Source of the DNA: an uncultured Candidatus Saccharibacteria bacterium
Lineage (GTDB): Bacteria; Patescibacteriota; Minisyncoccia; Phycocordibacterales; UBA918
Assembly: GCA_964353135.1 (NCBI GenBank)
Contig: CAYGTV010000002.1
Span: 1,125 to 65,124, forward strand
Length of the DNA stretch: 64,000 nucleotides
Direction: 5' to 3'
Of the stretch, positions 10,565 to 20,466 are shown piece by piece. The position numbers were made by a program, and so were the translations under genes. Positions within the stretch are counted from its first letter, which is position 1, and every line of letters starts with the position of its first letter. Below the pieces are notes generated by a model, which was not told where the DNA came from, ran no database searches, and saw nothing but the letters and a program-made list of their open reading frames with translations.

Positions 10565-10682
10565 ATGAAATTAGATTATGTATATCAGACATTTATGAAG
10601 CGGCTTGTTAAACCACCTCTCACGTGATGTATCAGATCACAATTTCAGTGTAGCAAACCCACAAAAAATGGCAAAAGGAAAA

Positions 10683-10710
10683 GGCGCACCGCTGGTGCGC
10701 CTTTTTGGTT
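10683..10710. terminator. bidirectional rho-independent terminator
   Basis: Perfect 8-bp stem ggcgcacc/ggtgcgcc with T-runs on both strands. Confidence 0.6.
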
Positions 10711-10726
10711 CTTGCAAAGAGTTTGC

Positions 10727-10894
10727 TCAGCTTTTCTTTTTTGCCTGCTCAGCTTTCAAGCGTTTAAAATGAACAGCTGACGCAGTAGAGTCAGCATAGA
10801 GTTTTCGCTGCAGTTCTGTCTGACGTTCAGATAGAACCTTGGACGTCTGATCTGGCCTAGCTGGCTTAGTTTTAGTCGAAGGTTTTTGGCCCAT
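10727..10894 (-). CDS. small basic protein, 55 aa, unknown function
   Basis: ATG at 10894 with an AGGGGG SD 4 nt upstream. Own sigma70-like promoter (-35 TTGACA at 10954..10959, -10 TATTTT at 10931..10936). Terminator directly downstream. Below the ORF-track cutoff. Confidence 0.4.
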   Translation of the reverse strand: MGQKPSTKTKPARPDQTSKVLSERQTELQRKLYADSTASAVHFKRLKAEQAKKKS

Positions 10895-10963
10895 ATCGCC
10901 CCCTATGATTGATGAACTTATGTTGAAACGAAAATACTAGTCATACACATATGTGTCAAGAAA

Positions 10964-10987
10964 AGGTGTGCCATGACAGCACACCTT
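10964..10987 (-). terminator. terminator of the small membrane protein gene
   Basis: Stem aggtgtgc/gcacacct followed on the minus strand by TTTTCTTG. Confidence 0.45.
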
Positions 10988-11021
10988 CGTCAATTCTCCA
11001 AAATGGTGTTTGGAGTTTGTT

Positions 11022-11291
11022 CTAGTCTTTACGTAAAGCCTCAAAGAAAGAACGAAACATCGGTTCTATACACTGAAGCAATAAGGCTGTCCCGCATAAA
11101 CCAAGGAACAATCCGACAACAGCGCCAGGCCAAAACATCACCCAAAAGCCAATGCCTCCACAAACACTCGCTCCAAATGCATATTTTATTGCACTTGGTA
11201 CGTCAAACTCGTTACTCTCCAAAGAACTGTATGCATATGCAACTGCAAAAGTTACAAATACGATTCCGACGTACGGCATTAATACACCCAT
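11022..11291 (-). CDS. small membrane protein (89 aa, 2-3 TM)
   Basis: Hydrophobic throughout. Sits between ArgRS and its own terminator. Confidence 0.45.
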   Translation of the reverse strand: MGVLMPYVGIVFVTFAVAYAYSSLESNEFDVPSAIKYAFGASVCGGIGFWVMFWPGAVVGLFLGLCGTALLLQCIEPMFRSFFEALRKD

Positions 11292-11355
11292 TTATTTTCT
11301 CCCTGCTCGTGTTTTCGGCGTTGATATTAAATAGCAATACCTATTAACAGTCAAA

Positions 11356-13053
11356 CTATAGACGCTCTGGAGCCTCGATCCCAAGAGCCCACAATCCTTG
11401 TTTGAGTGTCTGCCCTACTACTTGCGCAACCGCTGCTTTGTACGGCGCAAATTCGTCAGAAGCATCAGCAATTTTTTCCTGCGCGTAAAATGAGTTGAAC
11501 TCAGACGCTAGTTCGGTCAAATACGTTACCAAAGCTTGTGGAGCTCGGTCAATTAAAGCTGTCTGCACCACTGCTGGAAATTCCTCAATCATTTTTTCGG
11601 CGTTATAAGCCTCGGTTGGAGACACACTTGTATCTGCATCCACTCCCGCTTCCTGGGCTTTTTGTAACACTGACTGGATACGAGCATACGTGTATTGTAA
11701 GTATGGACCAGAGGCACCTTCAAACGAAAGGGCTTTTTCTTTATCAAAGACAATATTTGATCCAATTCCATGACGAAGGATTTCGTATTTCAATGCGGCA
11801 ACCGCTACCTGCGTCGCTAAAACATCACCACCCTCAGAACGCTCCGACATTTTTTCCTTGGCCGCGTCCTCCATATCAGCAATGATCGATTCACCAGTTA
11901 GCACATTCCCTTTTCGTGAGGACATTTTTCCGGTGCTAAGTGTAAGAAAACCAGTTGGAATATGCTCTAAATGTTTGTTTGCCGCTTCAGGAAAGATTTC
12001 TTTGATTGCAGCGTAGACCACTTTAAAATATTCAGCTTGTTCCCCACCAGTAACGATAATCGACTGAGTCCAATCAGGATGTTGGTCGTGTTTCAGTTTA
12101 TAGTGCCCAACATCTTTTGCTTCATACGTCGGTAGACCTTTTGAATTAAGGAACACTCGTGTGTGTAAACCTGATCGATCACCGTCGTACACAATCGCCC
12201 CTTCACTCTCAGCAAATAGCTTGCCAATGTTTTCTTTCACAATTTCTGATCCAACTGGTGCTGCCTGACTTTCAAAAATCTCCGTATCAAAATGGGTACC
12301 CAGTTTTTGACAGATTGCATGAATCTGGGCGTTTGAGGTAGCAATACCGGCTTGTCTTAACCGAGATAATTCTTCATCCGAATTTGCATACAACGCCTGA
12401 TTGATCGCGATGATGTCATCTTTTTCAGGACCTTCAGCTTCATATGCTTCATTGCCAACCCGGTATGCAGCACCCAGTTCCTCGATCTTGCTTGGATCAT
12501 TCCCAGTTTGTTGAAGTCCCCACACTGCTTTTGCTACTGGCAAGCCAATATCAGACGGGTAGTTTGCTCGGACAACAGTCGCGCCAGCTAGTTCAAACAA
12601 CCGAGTAAACGACTCTCCAATAATATTCCCCACCAAGTTTCCTACATGTAATGGTTTAAACAAGTTTGGGCTGGTGTACTCGACGATTACTTGCTCACCA
12701 CTTGCAGATTCGTTTCGACCCCATTCATCCCCAGCAGCTATAGCTCCTTTTAGTGTGGTTGTAAAATACGCTCGCTTGAGGCTGAAGTTTAGAAACCCAG
12801 GACCAGCCACTTCTACTGAATCAACCAATTCAATTTGACCGTCGATAGTTTGTTTAACCTGTTCCGCTACCTCCCTCGGATTTTGCTCCACTTGTTTTGA
12901 TAGCACCAATGCCACATTAGAAAAGACATCTGCTCCGGCATTTTTATCAGTTGGATAATCCACGACAAAGGAAACCTCTGGCCAACCGAGAGTCTTGATT
13001 GCTTTCTCTATCTCAATGCGGATCGTGTCTTGCATGGTTTGTACTGTACCCAA
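11356..13053 (-). CDS. argS: arginyl-tRNA synthetase
   Basis: SPNLFKPLHVGN (HIGH region, variant HVGN) and the C-terminal YTYARI anticodon-binding-domain motif. 565 aa. Confidence 0.8.
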   Translation of the reverse strand: MGTVQTMQDTIRIEIEKAIKTLGWPEVSFVVDYPTDKNAGADVFSNVALVLSKQVEQNPREVAEQVKQTIDGQIELVDSVEVAGPGFLNFSLKRAYFTTTLKGAIAAGDEWGRNESASGEQVIVEYTSPNLFKPLHVGNLVGNIIGESFTRLFELAGATVVRANYPSDIGLPVAKAVWGLQQTGNDPSKIEELGAAYRVGNEAYEAEGPEKDDIIAINQALYANSDEELSRLRQAGIATSNAQIHAICQKLGTHFDTEIFESQAAPVGSEIVKENIGKLFAESEGAIVYDGDRSGLHTRVFLNSKGLPTYEAKDVGHYKLKHDQHPDWTQSIIVTGGEQAEYFKVVYAAIKEIFPEAANKHLEHIPTGFLTLSTGKMSSRKGNVLTGESIIADMEDAAKEKMSERSEGGDVLATQVAVAALKYEILRHGIGSNIVFDKEKALSFEGASGPYLQYTYARIQSVLQKAQEAGVDADTSVSPTEAYNAEKMIEEFPAVVQTALIDRAPQALVTYLTELASEFNSFYAQEKIADASDEFAPYKAAVAQVVGQTLKQGLWALGIEAPERL

Positions 13054-14127
13054 CTATTCGATTCTTGTCACCATCGCCCGGGCTGGACTGGTCGTATTTA
13101 TTTCTATAGTTGTCCGACCCAGCACCTGCCCCCGTTCGTTTTCTACTCCGCAACGCCAGATTCCATCACTAAATTCGTTCAGGATCGTGTAGCCGCGGTA
13201 CCCACCACTGTTTTCACCAGTGATCGGATAGCCAAAGCGAAAGGCTTCTTGCCAGTTGCCAGCCTCGTCTTTGTACTCCCAACGGTGATAGATTCTGGTG
13301 TGCAGTCGAGTCGGTGCATACACCCGAGCAAAACATGCGATCGAGCTACGAGTCGGATGTAATTCATCTCGGACCAAAGGCAGTTGTCGGTACCACGGCT
13401 GTTGTTCGTCGGTAATGCGATAGTTTCCATCATTGTCCCGGTAGACTGATTGCACAATGTCGAGCTCGGTCAGCGACAATGGAATCGGCGGAATCAGATT
13501 AAAAAAGTACAAGCCAGTCATCGTAAAGTACAACGTACCAATCATCAGAATCACGCGTTTGGTGTTGAACCGCATAAAGTTCGGCACAATCCAGTACAGC
13601 ATTTTGATAACCCCACTCACAAACAAGAGCGCAATCAGACCGCTCAGGATAAAAATCCCGTCACCCATTTGCCCCAGCACAACCGGTAGAACTAGCACCA
13701 CATAAGAAAAGATACCAATAAAATATAATGTGATGTGGTACACCAACATATCAGACCGCTTCTCAAGCAACTCGTTTCCAAAAATGACCAGGAGGATGAG
13801 GATCAAAAATGGTGCACTAGCAATCCAGTCACCACTGCGGCCATAGAAAATAAGCATCCCTGAAAGCAATCCACCAAACGAGTACTGCAAAAGTACCGGT
13901 GCGTAGCGATTGATCAGGCGCGATATTGTCATCGGGAATTTCTGTGCAGCACCAGCGTAGAACAAAAGTAGCGATACAGTCGCCAGTACTACATATGTCA
14001 AAAGAATCAGGTTGTCTACAATGTCATCAATCCGGTTCAACAAAATCAGGTCGGTAATAAAACCCCCGATGAAGGCGATGGTCAGCCAATGATGCGATAT
14101 TAGTTTCACCAGACTGTTCATACTCAT
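13054..14127 (-). CDS. polytopic membrane protein with a C-terminal extracytoplasmic domain
   Basis: ~7 TM segments followed by a ~130-aa soluble tail. Stop abuts the argS start (operon). Confidence 0.55.
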   Translation of the reverse strand: MSMNSLVKLISHHWLTIAFIGGFITDLILLNRIDDIVDNLILLTYVVLATVSLLLFYAGAAQKFPMTISRLINRYAPVLLQYSFGGLLSGMLIFYGRSGDWIASAPFLILILLVIFGNELLEKRSDMLVYHITLYFIGIFSYVVLVLPVVLGQMGDGIFILSGLIALLFVSGVIKMLYWIVPNFMRFNTKRVILMIGTLYFTMTGLYFFNLIPPIPLSLTELDIVQSVYRDNDGNYRITDEQQPWYRQLPLVRDELHPTRSSIACFARVYAPTRLHTRIYHRWEYKDEAGNWQEAFRFGYPITGENSGGYRGYTILNEFSDGIWRCGVENERGQVLGRTTIEINTTSPARAMVTRIE

Positions 14128-14138
14128 AGCAGTATCAT

Positions 14139-14175
14139 AACAAAACGCCGCAAGCTGTGCTTGCGGCGTTTTGTT
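14139..14175 (-). terminator. terminator after glyA
   Basis: 16-bp stem aacaaaacgccgcaag/cttgcggcgttttgtt. Confidence 0.6.
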
Positions 14176-14186
14176 ATAGCAGCACT

Positions 14187-15455
14187 CTACACAAACTTTT
14201 CAGGCACCGGAAATACTTCACACATGGCTTGTACTTCTTTTTGTAGCTCAGCTTTCTTGGCCGCATCATCTTTGTTTTGCATCGCTTCAATCATGATTTC
14301 TGCCAATCTAGTTGCCTGCTCTTCCTTCATACCTCTAGTGGTCATCGCCGGGGTTCCAAACCGAATTCCTGACGGGTCCATCGCAGTGCGGGGTTCGTCT
14401 GCAATCATGTTTTTATTGAGAGTAATCCCGACTTCGTCTAGCACCACTTCCGCTTCTTGTCCGGTAATACCCAGCGAGCCGTTCACGTCTGCCAGTAGAA
14501 GATGGTTGTCAGTTCCGCCACACATGAGTCGTACTCCTTTATCTTTAAATACGACTTCCATCGCTTTTGCATTTTTTACAATTTGCTCTGCGTAGGCTTT
14601 GAATCCTGGATCAAGTGCTTCTTTAAACGCGACTGCTTTGGCGGCAATTTGATGCATGTGTGGACCACCCTGCATCCCTGGGAAGACAGCTTTGTTGATT
14701 TTTTTAGCCAACTCAGCATCCTCTCGCACGACAATCATCCCGCCTCGTGGACCCCGTAGTGATTTGTGCGTGGTCATCGTCATCACATCAAACCCGTAGT
14801 CAAATGGGTTTTTCAAAACTCCTGCTGCGATTAGTCCGGTAATGTGCGCGATGTCAGCTACGGTATAGGCACCGACCTCATCAGCAATCTCCTTGAACTT
14901 TGCATAATCAAGCTCACGTGAGTAGGCCGAAAAACCAGCTAGGATGATCTTTGGTTTATGCTCGAGCGCCATGGAGCGCAAGTGGTCATAGTCAATCTCC
15001 CCGGTCTCAACGTCCTTCATTTTGTACCGAACAAAATTGAACACTTTGTTGATAGCGGTTGTAGGATGACCGTGAGTGAGGTGTCCACCATGAGACAAAT
15101 CCATCCCCAGCACAGTGTCACCTGGCTCCATTAGGGCAAAATACATCGCCACGTTGGCAGCTGCTCCACCCAGCGGTTGTACGTTGGCATACTCGGCCTT
15201 AAATAACTTCTTGGCTCGATCAATCGCGATGGTTTCCATGGCGTCGGTAAATTCCTGACCACCGTAGTATCGTCGCCCCGGGTATCCTTCTGAGTATTTG
15301 TTGGTAAATACTGACCCCATTGCCTCTCGCACTGCCATCGATACGTAGTTCTCACTCGGAATTAGTTCAATTCCCTTTTTCTCTCGCTCCTCTTCTCCGA
15401 CTAGGGTCGCGTAGATTTCTTCGTCTTGGTCTTTGATGTGTTGGTATTCGTTCAT
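14187..15455 (-). CDS. glyA: serine hydroxymethyltransferase
   Basis: LIPSENYVS and TTHKSLRGPRGG (PLP lysine) motifs. 422 aa. Confidence 0.9.
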   Translation of the reverse strand: MNEYQHIKDQDEEIYATLVGEEEREKKGIELIPSENYVSMAVREAMGSVFTNKYSEGYPGRRYYGGQEFTDAMETIAIDRAKKLFKAEYANVQPLGGAAANVAMYFALMEPGDTVLGMDLSHGGHLTHGHPTTAINKVFNFVRYKMKDVETGEIDYDHLRSMALEHKPKIILAGFSAYSRELDYAKFKEIADEVGAYTVADIAHITGLIAAGVLKNPFDYGFDVMTMTTHKSLRGPRGGMIVVREDAELAKKINKAVFPGMQGGPHMHQIAAKAVAFKEALDPGFKAYAEQIVKNAKAMEVVFKDKGVRLMCGGTDNHLLLADVNGSLGITGQEAEVVLDEVGITLNKNMIADEPRTAMDPSGIRFGTPAMTTRGMKEEQATRLAEIMIEAMQNKDDAAKKAELQKEVQAMCEVFPVPEKFV

Positions 15456-15571
15456 ATTTATCTATTTATTACTGAAAAAACTGCTTGTCATATTTGCGCT
15501 ACAGAAAATGAACGAAACGTTAGATCATAGGTCGAAAATAATTTAATATTTTCAGTATACAATAAAATGAA

Positions 15572-15600
15572 AAGAGGGGCAGCTTCCAGCTGCCCCTCTT
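15572..15600 (-). terminator. terminator after the HD-domain gene
   Basis: Stem aagaggggcagc/agctgcccctctt. Confidence 0.55.
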
Positions 15601-15605
15601 GATGA

Positions 15606-16322
15606 CTAACGGTCCCTTTGGACGAAAGCAGGTATCTCTGATTCCTGCCTAACCAAATCAGCGATCCATGTGCGTAAACTTGGATTCCACACAGAGCTAA
15701 AACCTGGAAACTCGCGAACCAATGCATCCAGCCTAGGAGCGTAGTTACCAAAGCAATGCTCCAGCATACCCTCCTCCTGATTTCGGATACCTCGACTAGC
15801 CCCGTCAACAGCACTCATCAAGTAATCAATCCATTCAATAAGATCGAAAACTGCCGGCTCAACAATATAGTTAACCCTAAGCTCGGCGACTGCAGTAACC
15901 AACGGATACGGCCAAGGTTTATCTGGGTGTTCTGTTTTGCGAACATACTGCAGCAAGAACGCCTTTCTCACATAGAGCCTCATTGGTTCTGGAAGGTGCT
16001 GTGTATCTTCCATAAACACTTCCCACTCACGTATTTCTTTCCCAGGGGTTTTGTTGCCGGCATGCTCGTCACCACCCGAACCTGGCTCTCCATGATCATG
16101 AAAAGTAAAAGCTGTTAGCAGCAGTGTTTCGTCAATCGAAAATTCTCCCCTGATTGCAGTCAGAACCCATACGGCTGTAACTGGGACCGAGTTGTTGTGT
16201 TTGAGCAATGTTTGCCCGTATGCCGGAAAATTACCCCAACGAACCACCTTTTCCATAGGTTCCTGCGCATTTTTCCAAGGCACCATCACGGCGCTAAACG
16301 AATTTGGTTTGATGTTTGACAT
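15606..16322 (-). CDS. HD-domain phosphohydrolase (possible 5'-deoxynucleotidase)
   Basis: H...HD...D pattern (FTFHDHGE, GGDEH). AAGGAG SD before the ATG at 16322. Lies in a dNTP-metabolism cluster. Confidence 0.45.
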   Translation of the reverse strand: MSNIKPNSFSAVMVPWKNAQEPMEKVVRWGNFPAYGQTLLKHNNSVPVTAVWVLTAIRGEFSIDETLLLTAFTFHDHGEPGSGGDEHAGNKTPGKEIREWEVFMEDTQHLPEPMRLYVRKAFLLQYVRKTEHPDKPWPYPLVTAVAELRVNYIVEPAVFDLIEWIDYLMSAVDGASRGIRNQEEGMLEHCFGNYAPRLDALVREFPGFSSVWNPSLRTWIADLVRQESEIPAFVQRDR

Positions 16323-16400
16323 TTCGTTCTCCTTCTCGAGATATGTCGCTTCATTTCAAGTCTGACAACACTAAATCACAGACAGGTGCTCAAAGCAACA

Positions 16401-16742
16401 CTAGCGATTGTCACCACTCCCACCAATCACACCTCGATCTAGTCGACTACGAAGTTTATCTATATTTCCTTGCGCAACATCATCTAAATCTACTCCAAAT
16501 TCAGTCGCTAGTTGAGTTACGTACCACAGAACATCACCGAGTTCTTTTGTAATATCAGTCTTGGTTTCGGCTGTGACCTTGTCGGGGGCAAATATCCCTT
16601 GGTCTCGCTGTAGCTTTTTAATCTTTTCTGCAATCTCGCCTGCCTCCCCAACTAAACCAAGAGTTGGGTATACAAAGTTATTACCAAGATCAGGGTACGA
16701 CGCTGTTGCTCGTGATTGTTTTTGATAGTCTGAAAATTGCAT
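16401..16742 (-). CDS. MazG-like nucleotide pyrophosphohydrolase (possible all-alpha dUTPase type)
   Basis: LGLVGEAGEIAE ... ELGDVLWY, the MazG/NTP-PPase signature. 113 aa. Confidence 0.7.
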   Translation of the reverse strand: MQFSDYQKQSRATASYPDLGNNFVYPTLGLVGEAGEIAEKIKKLQRDQGIFAPDKVTAETKTDITKELGDVLWYVTQLATEFGVDLDDVAQGNIDKLRSRLDRGVIGGSGDNR

Positions 16743-16746
16743 ATAT

Positions 16747-17436
16747 TTAAATTACAGCTGAGACAGCTTGGTATGTGTCCTCATGGATAGCCTCACGGGT
16801 TCGCATTTCACCATCAATGCAACATGACACCTTTGTCCAGTTATTTTTACTGGCAACAATTAAACGTGCTCGTTCTTCAGTGGCTTCTTGGTGACCGTGA
16901 TCTCGTTCTGCTGCATCGATCTTTACATCGACTCCGTGCTTACCCTCATCTACCGCCTGCTGTTTTAGTGCGATTCGAACTTTGTTTGGCACTTCTAAAT
17001 ACACAATCTGATCTGGCCTAGGAATACCAAAGACCCCATGTTCCATATGATCTAACCAACCAAGAAACGCTTCGAGTTTTTCCGGATCATTAATCTTTGC
17101 TCCTTGATGCATCATGTTTGAACTTACATACCGATCAAGAACGACAATTTTTCCTTCATCCAACCACTGTTCAAGTCGAGGCTTGGTCTCAAATCTATCT
17201 GCTGCGTACAGTGTGGAAGCAATCCGGGCATCCGTAGCCATGAAATCACCGCGCTTTCCATCAAGACACTCTCGAATCAACCGACCAAAATGGTTTTGTG
17301 TGTATTGCGGAAAATCTAATGATTCGACTTTGTATCCGTCTGCTTGCAGTCGTTTCACCAGCAATGCAACTTGTGTAGCCTTTCCTGCCCCATCTCCGCC
17401 GTCGATAACTATGAGTTTGCCTTTCATATCGGTCAA
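16747..17436 (-). CDS. tmk: thymidylate kinase
   Basis: P-loop IVIDGGDGAGKATQ and DRY-type lid region. 229 aa. Confidence 0.85.
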   Translation of the reverse strand: MTDMKGKLIVIDGGDGAGKATQVALLVKRLQADGYKVESLDFPQYTQNHFGRLIRECLDGKRGDFMATDARIASTLYAADRFETKPRLEQWLDEGKIVVLDRYVSSNMMHQGAKINDPEKLEAFLGWLDHMEHGVFGIPRPDQIVYLEVPNKVRIALKQQAVDEGKHGVDVKIDAAERDHGHQEATEERARLIVASKNNWTKVSCCIDGEMRTREAIHEDTYQAVSAVI

Positions 17437-17475
17437 TACTAGTGATAATTATCTACATGATATCATTGTCAGCAT

Positions 17476-18852
17476 ATGTCTACCATCGAACAGCTCAATC
17501 ACCACGAAACCAAACTTGATCCAGGAGGAAAAATTGTTGTTATTGATTCAGGTGCAGTCCTCACTGCCGAGATGACAGCGATGCTTCAAGCACTACACAG
17601 TCGTTCAACCGAAGGGATCGAAGGTCACCTACAAGTCCTCGCGGAGCGCGGGGCAGATAAATTTATGTCAACGTACTACGTGCAGTACGGACACAAGTCA
17701 ATTGGAGACTGCGGGGTTGGAGTGGTATTTATCGAAGGGATCAGTATGTTAGCCGCCAAAGCCATCCAAGATAGCAAGCTATACAACGGCCAAGAAGCAT
17801 CGACGCGCTACATTGATTTTGCTAACCAGCCATTTTTAAACCCAGAAGGAACCGAGGCTGGTACCGCCATCCAGGAAAACTGGCGACGATTTTACCTTAA
17901 GGCAGTCAAAGAAATGGCTGAAGAACTCCCGAATCGCTACCCATTAGGCGCGGGTGAAAAAGAGGGCTTCTACCAAAAAGCCATTGCGGCGCGCGCGTTT
18001 GACATCACCCGTGGATTTCTCCCAGCTGGTGCGAGCACGAACATCGCTTGGACTACTACCCTACGTCAATTTGACGATCGTATTATGCAGCTACGCCATC
18101 ATCCATTAGAAGAAGTACGTGAAATCGCTGAAAAATTAAACGAGGCGATGCTCGCTATGTACCCGAGCTCATTTAAAGCCCACGACGACGAACGATATGA
18201 AAAATACCGTGCGACCCACGAATACAACAAGAAAGCGAACGAACAGTACTACTACCACGACGCTGCGTGTCCGGAGTTGAAGTTAGTACGAGACGGCATC
18301 AATCATGATGACCTCAAATCATTCCAAACACTACTGAGCGACCGCCCAGATCGAACCGAACTACCAAAGTGGCTCGGTGCCTATGGCGAAGCTGCGTTTC
18401 AGTTCACCCTTGATTTTGGTTCATTCCGTGATATCCAGCGTCACCGGGCGGTGACACAGCGAATGCCCCTGTTGACTGGAGAGATTGGCTTTCACGACTG
18501 GTACCTAGACGAACTCACTGATGACCTCCGGACTGAGGCAGAAACGCTGATCACAGACTTAACCAAATCAGCCAACGAACTCACTAATGATGTAGCCCTG
18601 CGCCAGTACTATCTACCAATGGGATTCAAAATCAGTAACTACCTATCAGGTGACCTACCCGCTTTGGTGTACCTTGTTGAGCTGCGTGCCAGCAGCCTCG
18701 TTCACCCTACCCTGGCGGTACAAGCAGCAAAGATGGCGGACATATTACGAGAGACGTACGCTGACGTTGACCTCGCCATCCATATCAACTCTGAACCAGG
18801 ACGGTTTGACGTCAAGCGTGGCGAGGCGGACATAGTTCGCACAGATAAATAG
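17476..18852 (+). CDS. ThyX-like (flavin-dependent thymidylate synthase family), long form
   Basis: FRDIQRHRAVTQR resembles the ThyX RHR motif, and an HSRS/YGHKSIGDCG region is ThyX-like. But it is 458 aa (about twice normal) and the canonical Ser after RHR is not obvious. Thymidylate gene context. Confidence 0.4.
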   Translation: MSTIEQLNHHETKLDPGGKIVVIDSGAVLTAEMTAMLQALHSRSTEGIEGHLQVLAERGADKFMSTYYVQYGHKSIGDCGVGVVFIEGISMLAAKAIQDSKLYNGQEASTRYIDFANQPFLNPEGTEAGTAIQENWRRFYLKAVKEMAEELPNRYPLGAGEKEGFYQKAIAARAFDITRGFLPAGASTNIAWTTTLRQFDDRIMQLRHHPLEEVREIAEKLNEAMLAMYPSSFKAHDDERYEKYRATHEYNKKANEQYYYHDAACPELKLVRDGINHDDLKSFQTLLSDRPDRTELPKWLGAYGEAAFQFTLDFGSFRDIQRHRAVTQRMPLLTGEIGFHDWYLDELTDDLRTEAETLITDLTKSANELTNDVALRQYYLPMGFKISNYLSGDLPALVYLVELRASSLVHPTLAVQAAKMADILRETYADVDLAIHINSEPGRFDVKRGEADIVRTDK

Positions 18853-18863
18853 GTTCCACTGTA

Positions 18864-18901
18864 AAAACAAAAGCTTGTCCAATCAGACAAGCTTTTGTTT
18901 T
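18864..18901. terminator. bidirectional terminator between the ThyX-like and Nudix genes
   Basis: Perfect 16-bp stem aaaacaaaagcttgtc/gacaagcttttgtttt. Confidence 0.6.
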
Positions 18902-19340
18902 ACATCTCTTTGAGCCATTGACCTAACTTTTCATAGGTTGTTCGCTTAAATTCTGGAACTACGTCTTGGAGTTCTGCGAACGACATCCATTTCCAGGCAA
19001 TAAATTCATGTTGGTCTAGCTTAATATTTTGCTCATCTCCTAAAAATTCAAATAAAAACCATTTCTGCGCTTGACCGATACATTCACCATATCGTTCACT
19101 ACTAGGATAATCATAGGTTAACCAGTCAGGATGTTCGGCTCGTAGTTCTAGATCAGCTTGGGTGAGGCCAGTTTCCTCTGCTACTTCGCGCCACACTGCT
19201 GGCAACACCTCTTCTGCGACGTCTAATCCGCCCTGCGGGCACTGCCATTTATCGGTATAGTCCCGCCGTTGAAACGCCAGTACTTTGTCACCTTTTATAA
19301 TGAGAGCTGCAACGTTTGCCCGAAAATAATAGGAATCCAT
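18900..19340 (-). CDS. Nudix hydrolase
   Basis: Nudix box GGLDVAEEVLPAVWREVAEETGL. 146 aa. Confidence 0.75.
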   Translation of the reverse strand: MDSYYFRANVAALIIKGDKVLAFQRRDYTDKWQCPQGGLDVAEEVLPAVWREVAEETGLTQADLELRAEHPDWLTYDYPSSERYGECIGQAQKWFLFEFLGDEQNIKLDQHEFIAWKWMSFAELQDVVPEFKRTTYEKLGQWLKEM

Positions 19341-19345
19341 AGCAA

Positions 19346-20446
19346 CTATTTAAACTGCTTCCCTAACTTTGGACCACTCTGTGACTGGTAGTTATGGTTT
19401 GCTCCAGAATCGTAATGTTCACTTGGTTCAGTCGTCAGACGTTCAAACCGGATTTTTGCGATTGGTTGTCCTGGTCGTACCACCAGATCCTCAAACGGTC
19501 GTACCTCAAGGGTAAATGGTCGCCCCTTACCCTTTCCGTCACTACCCCAGCCCCAGCCCGGGTCAAGGAAACCGGCGTAGTGTGATCGGAAGTCACCAGA
19601 TCTCTCGTCCATTGGCACCATCTCGCTTGCTAGGTTTGGTGGTATTTTAACTCGTTCAGCTCCAGAGAGTATATAAAATTTATCGCGTTCTAGCCTGAGC
19701 GCACCGTCAATAATTTTGAGTGGTCGAAAAAATTCAGTTGGATCATAGTGGGCAATGTTTGCCACATCAACTACTTGTGCTGGGTCAGCGATGCATTCAT
19801 ACCCACACACCCCCTCTTCAACTAGGGCTGTAAGGACAACCGTTCCATCCTGATCATTCGTCACCAGGTCACTGTATAACATTTTCTTATCTTCGGTCGG
19901 ATGCCAAACTAATCCATCTTGCATAGAGAGTTCAAGGTCTAGCTCAGAAAAGCGGGTGTCCCCAGTAAATAGACGCAACTGTGTCAGTGGTGTTCCATGA
20001 TGTATTTTCACAGCAAACGACTTGGGTGCAATCGCAACCCACAGATCACCCTTAAATCCTTTGGGTGTGATTGAATCAAAGCGAGGCACACCATCAGCCA
20101 ATACTCGGACATGCATGTCGAGGCGCCCAGTTGAGGATTTTGGGTTGCAGTACCCATACACCTGCTCGGGCAAATCAAGCGACTCATTGAGCTTTACCAA
20201 ATACAACCCGTTGCACTCAAGCGGGTCTGTCATAGAAGTGGGTTTAGCTTCCATAAACGGCATTAGATCACGAATCGTTTCCCCTACTTTTGGTAACACC
20301 AAGCCCCGGATCTTATATATCTCTGCGCTAACGGTTAGGTCAAGTGAGGCTGGAGAAATATGCTTTTCTTGTCCATTGATAATATTTCCACTGGCAACCA
20401 AACGTTTCAGAGTCTGGTCAGGTAGTGCCCCAAGTCGGTTTGTCAT
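19346..20446 (-). CDS. dcd: 2'-deoxycytidine 5'-triphosphate deaminase, long PF06559-type
   Basis: ~366-aa size and N-terminal region match the long DCD family. Context with tmk/ThyX. Confidence 0.55.
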   Translation of the reverse strand: MTNRLGALPDQTLKRLVASGNIINGQEKHISPASLDLTVSAEIYKIRGLVLPKVGETIRDLMPFMEAKPTSMTDPLECNGLYLVKLNESLDLPEQVYGYCNPKSSTGRLDMHVRVLADGVPRFDSITPKGFKGDLWVAIAPKSFAVKIHHGTPLTQLRLFTGDTRFSELDLELSMQDGLVWHPTEDKKMLYSDLVTNDQDGTVVLTALVEEGVCGYECIADPAQVVDVANIAHYDPTEFFRPLKIIDGALRLERDKFYILSGAERVKIPPNLASEMVPMDERSGDFRSHYAGFLDPGWGWGSDGKGKGRPFTLEVRPFEDLVVRPGQPIAKIRFERLTTEPSEHYDSGANHNYQSQSGPKLGKQFK

Positions 20447-20466
20447 AATGGAAACAGTGTACCAAA

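Noticed and set aside
10565-10680. T-box or other leader riboswitch upstream of ileS or the other aaRS genes
   Set aside because: No T-box specifier or antiterminator-like conserved sequence (AGGGTGGNACCGCG) was found. The leaders are short.
15488-15814. Track ORF 15488..15814 (-)
   Set aside because: It overlaps the 3' end of the HD-domain gene and its terminator. No SD. Likely spurious.
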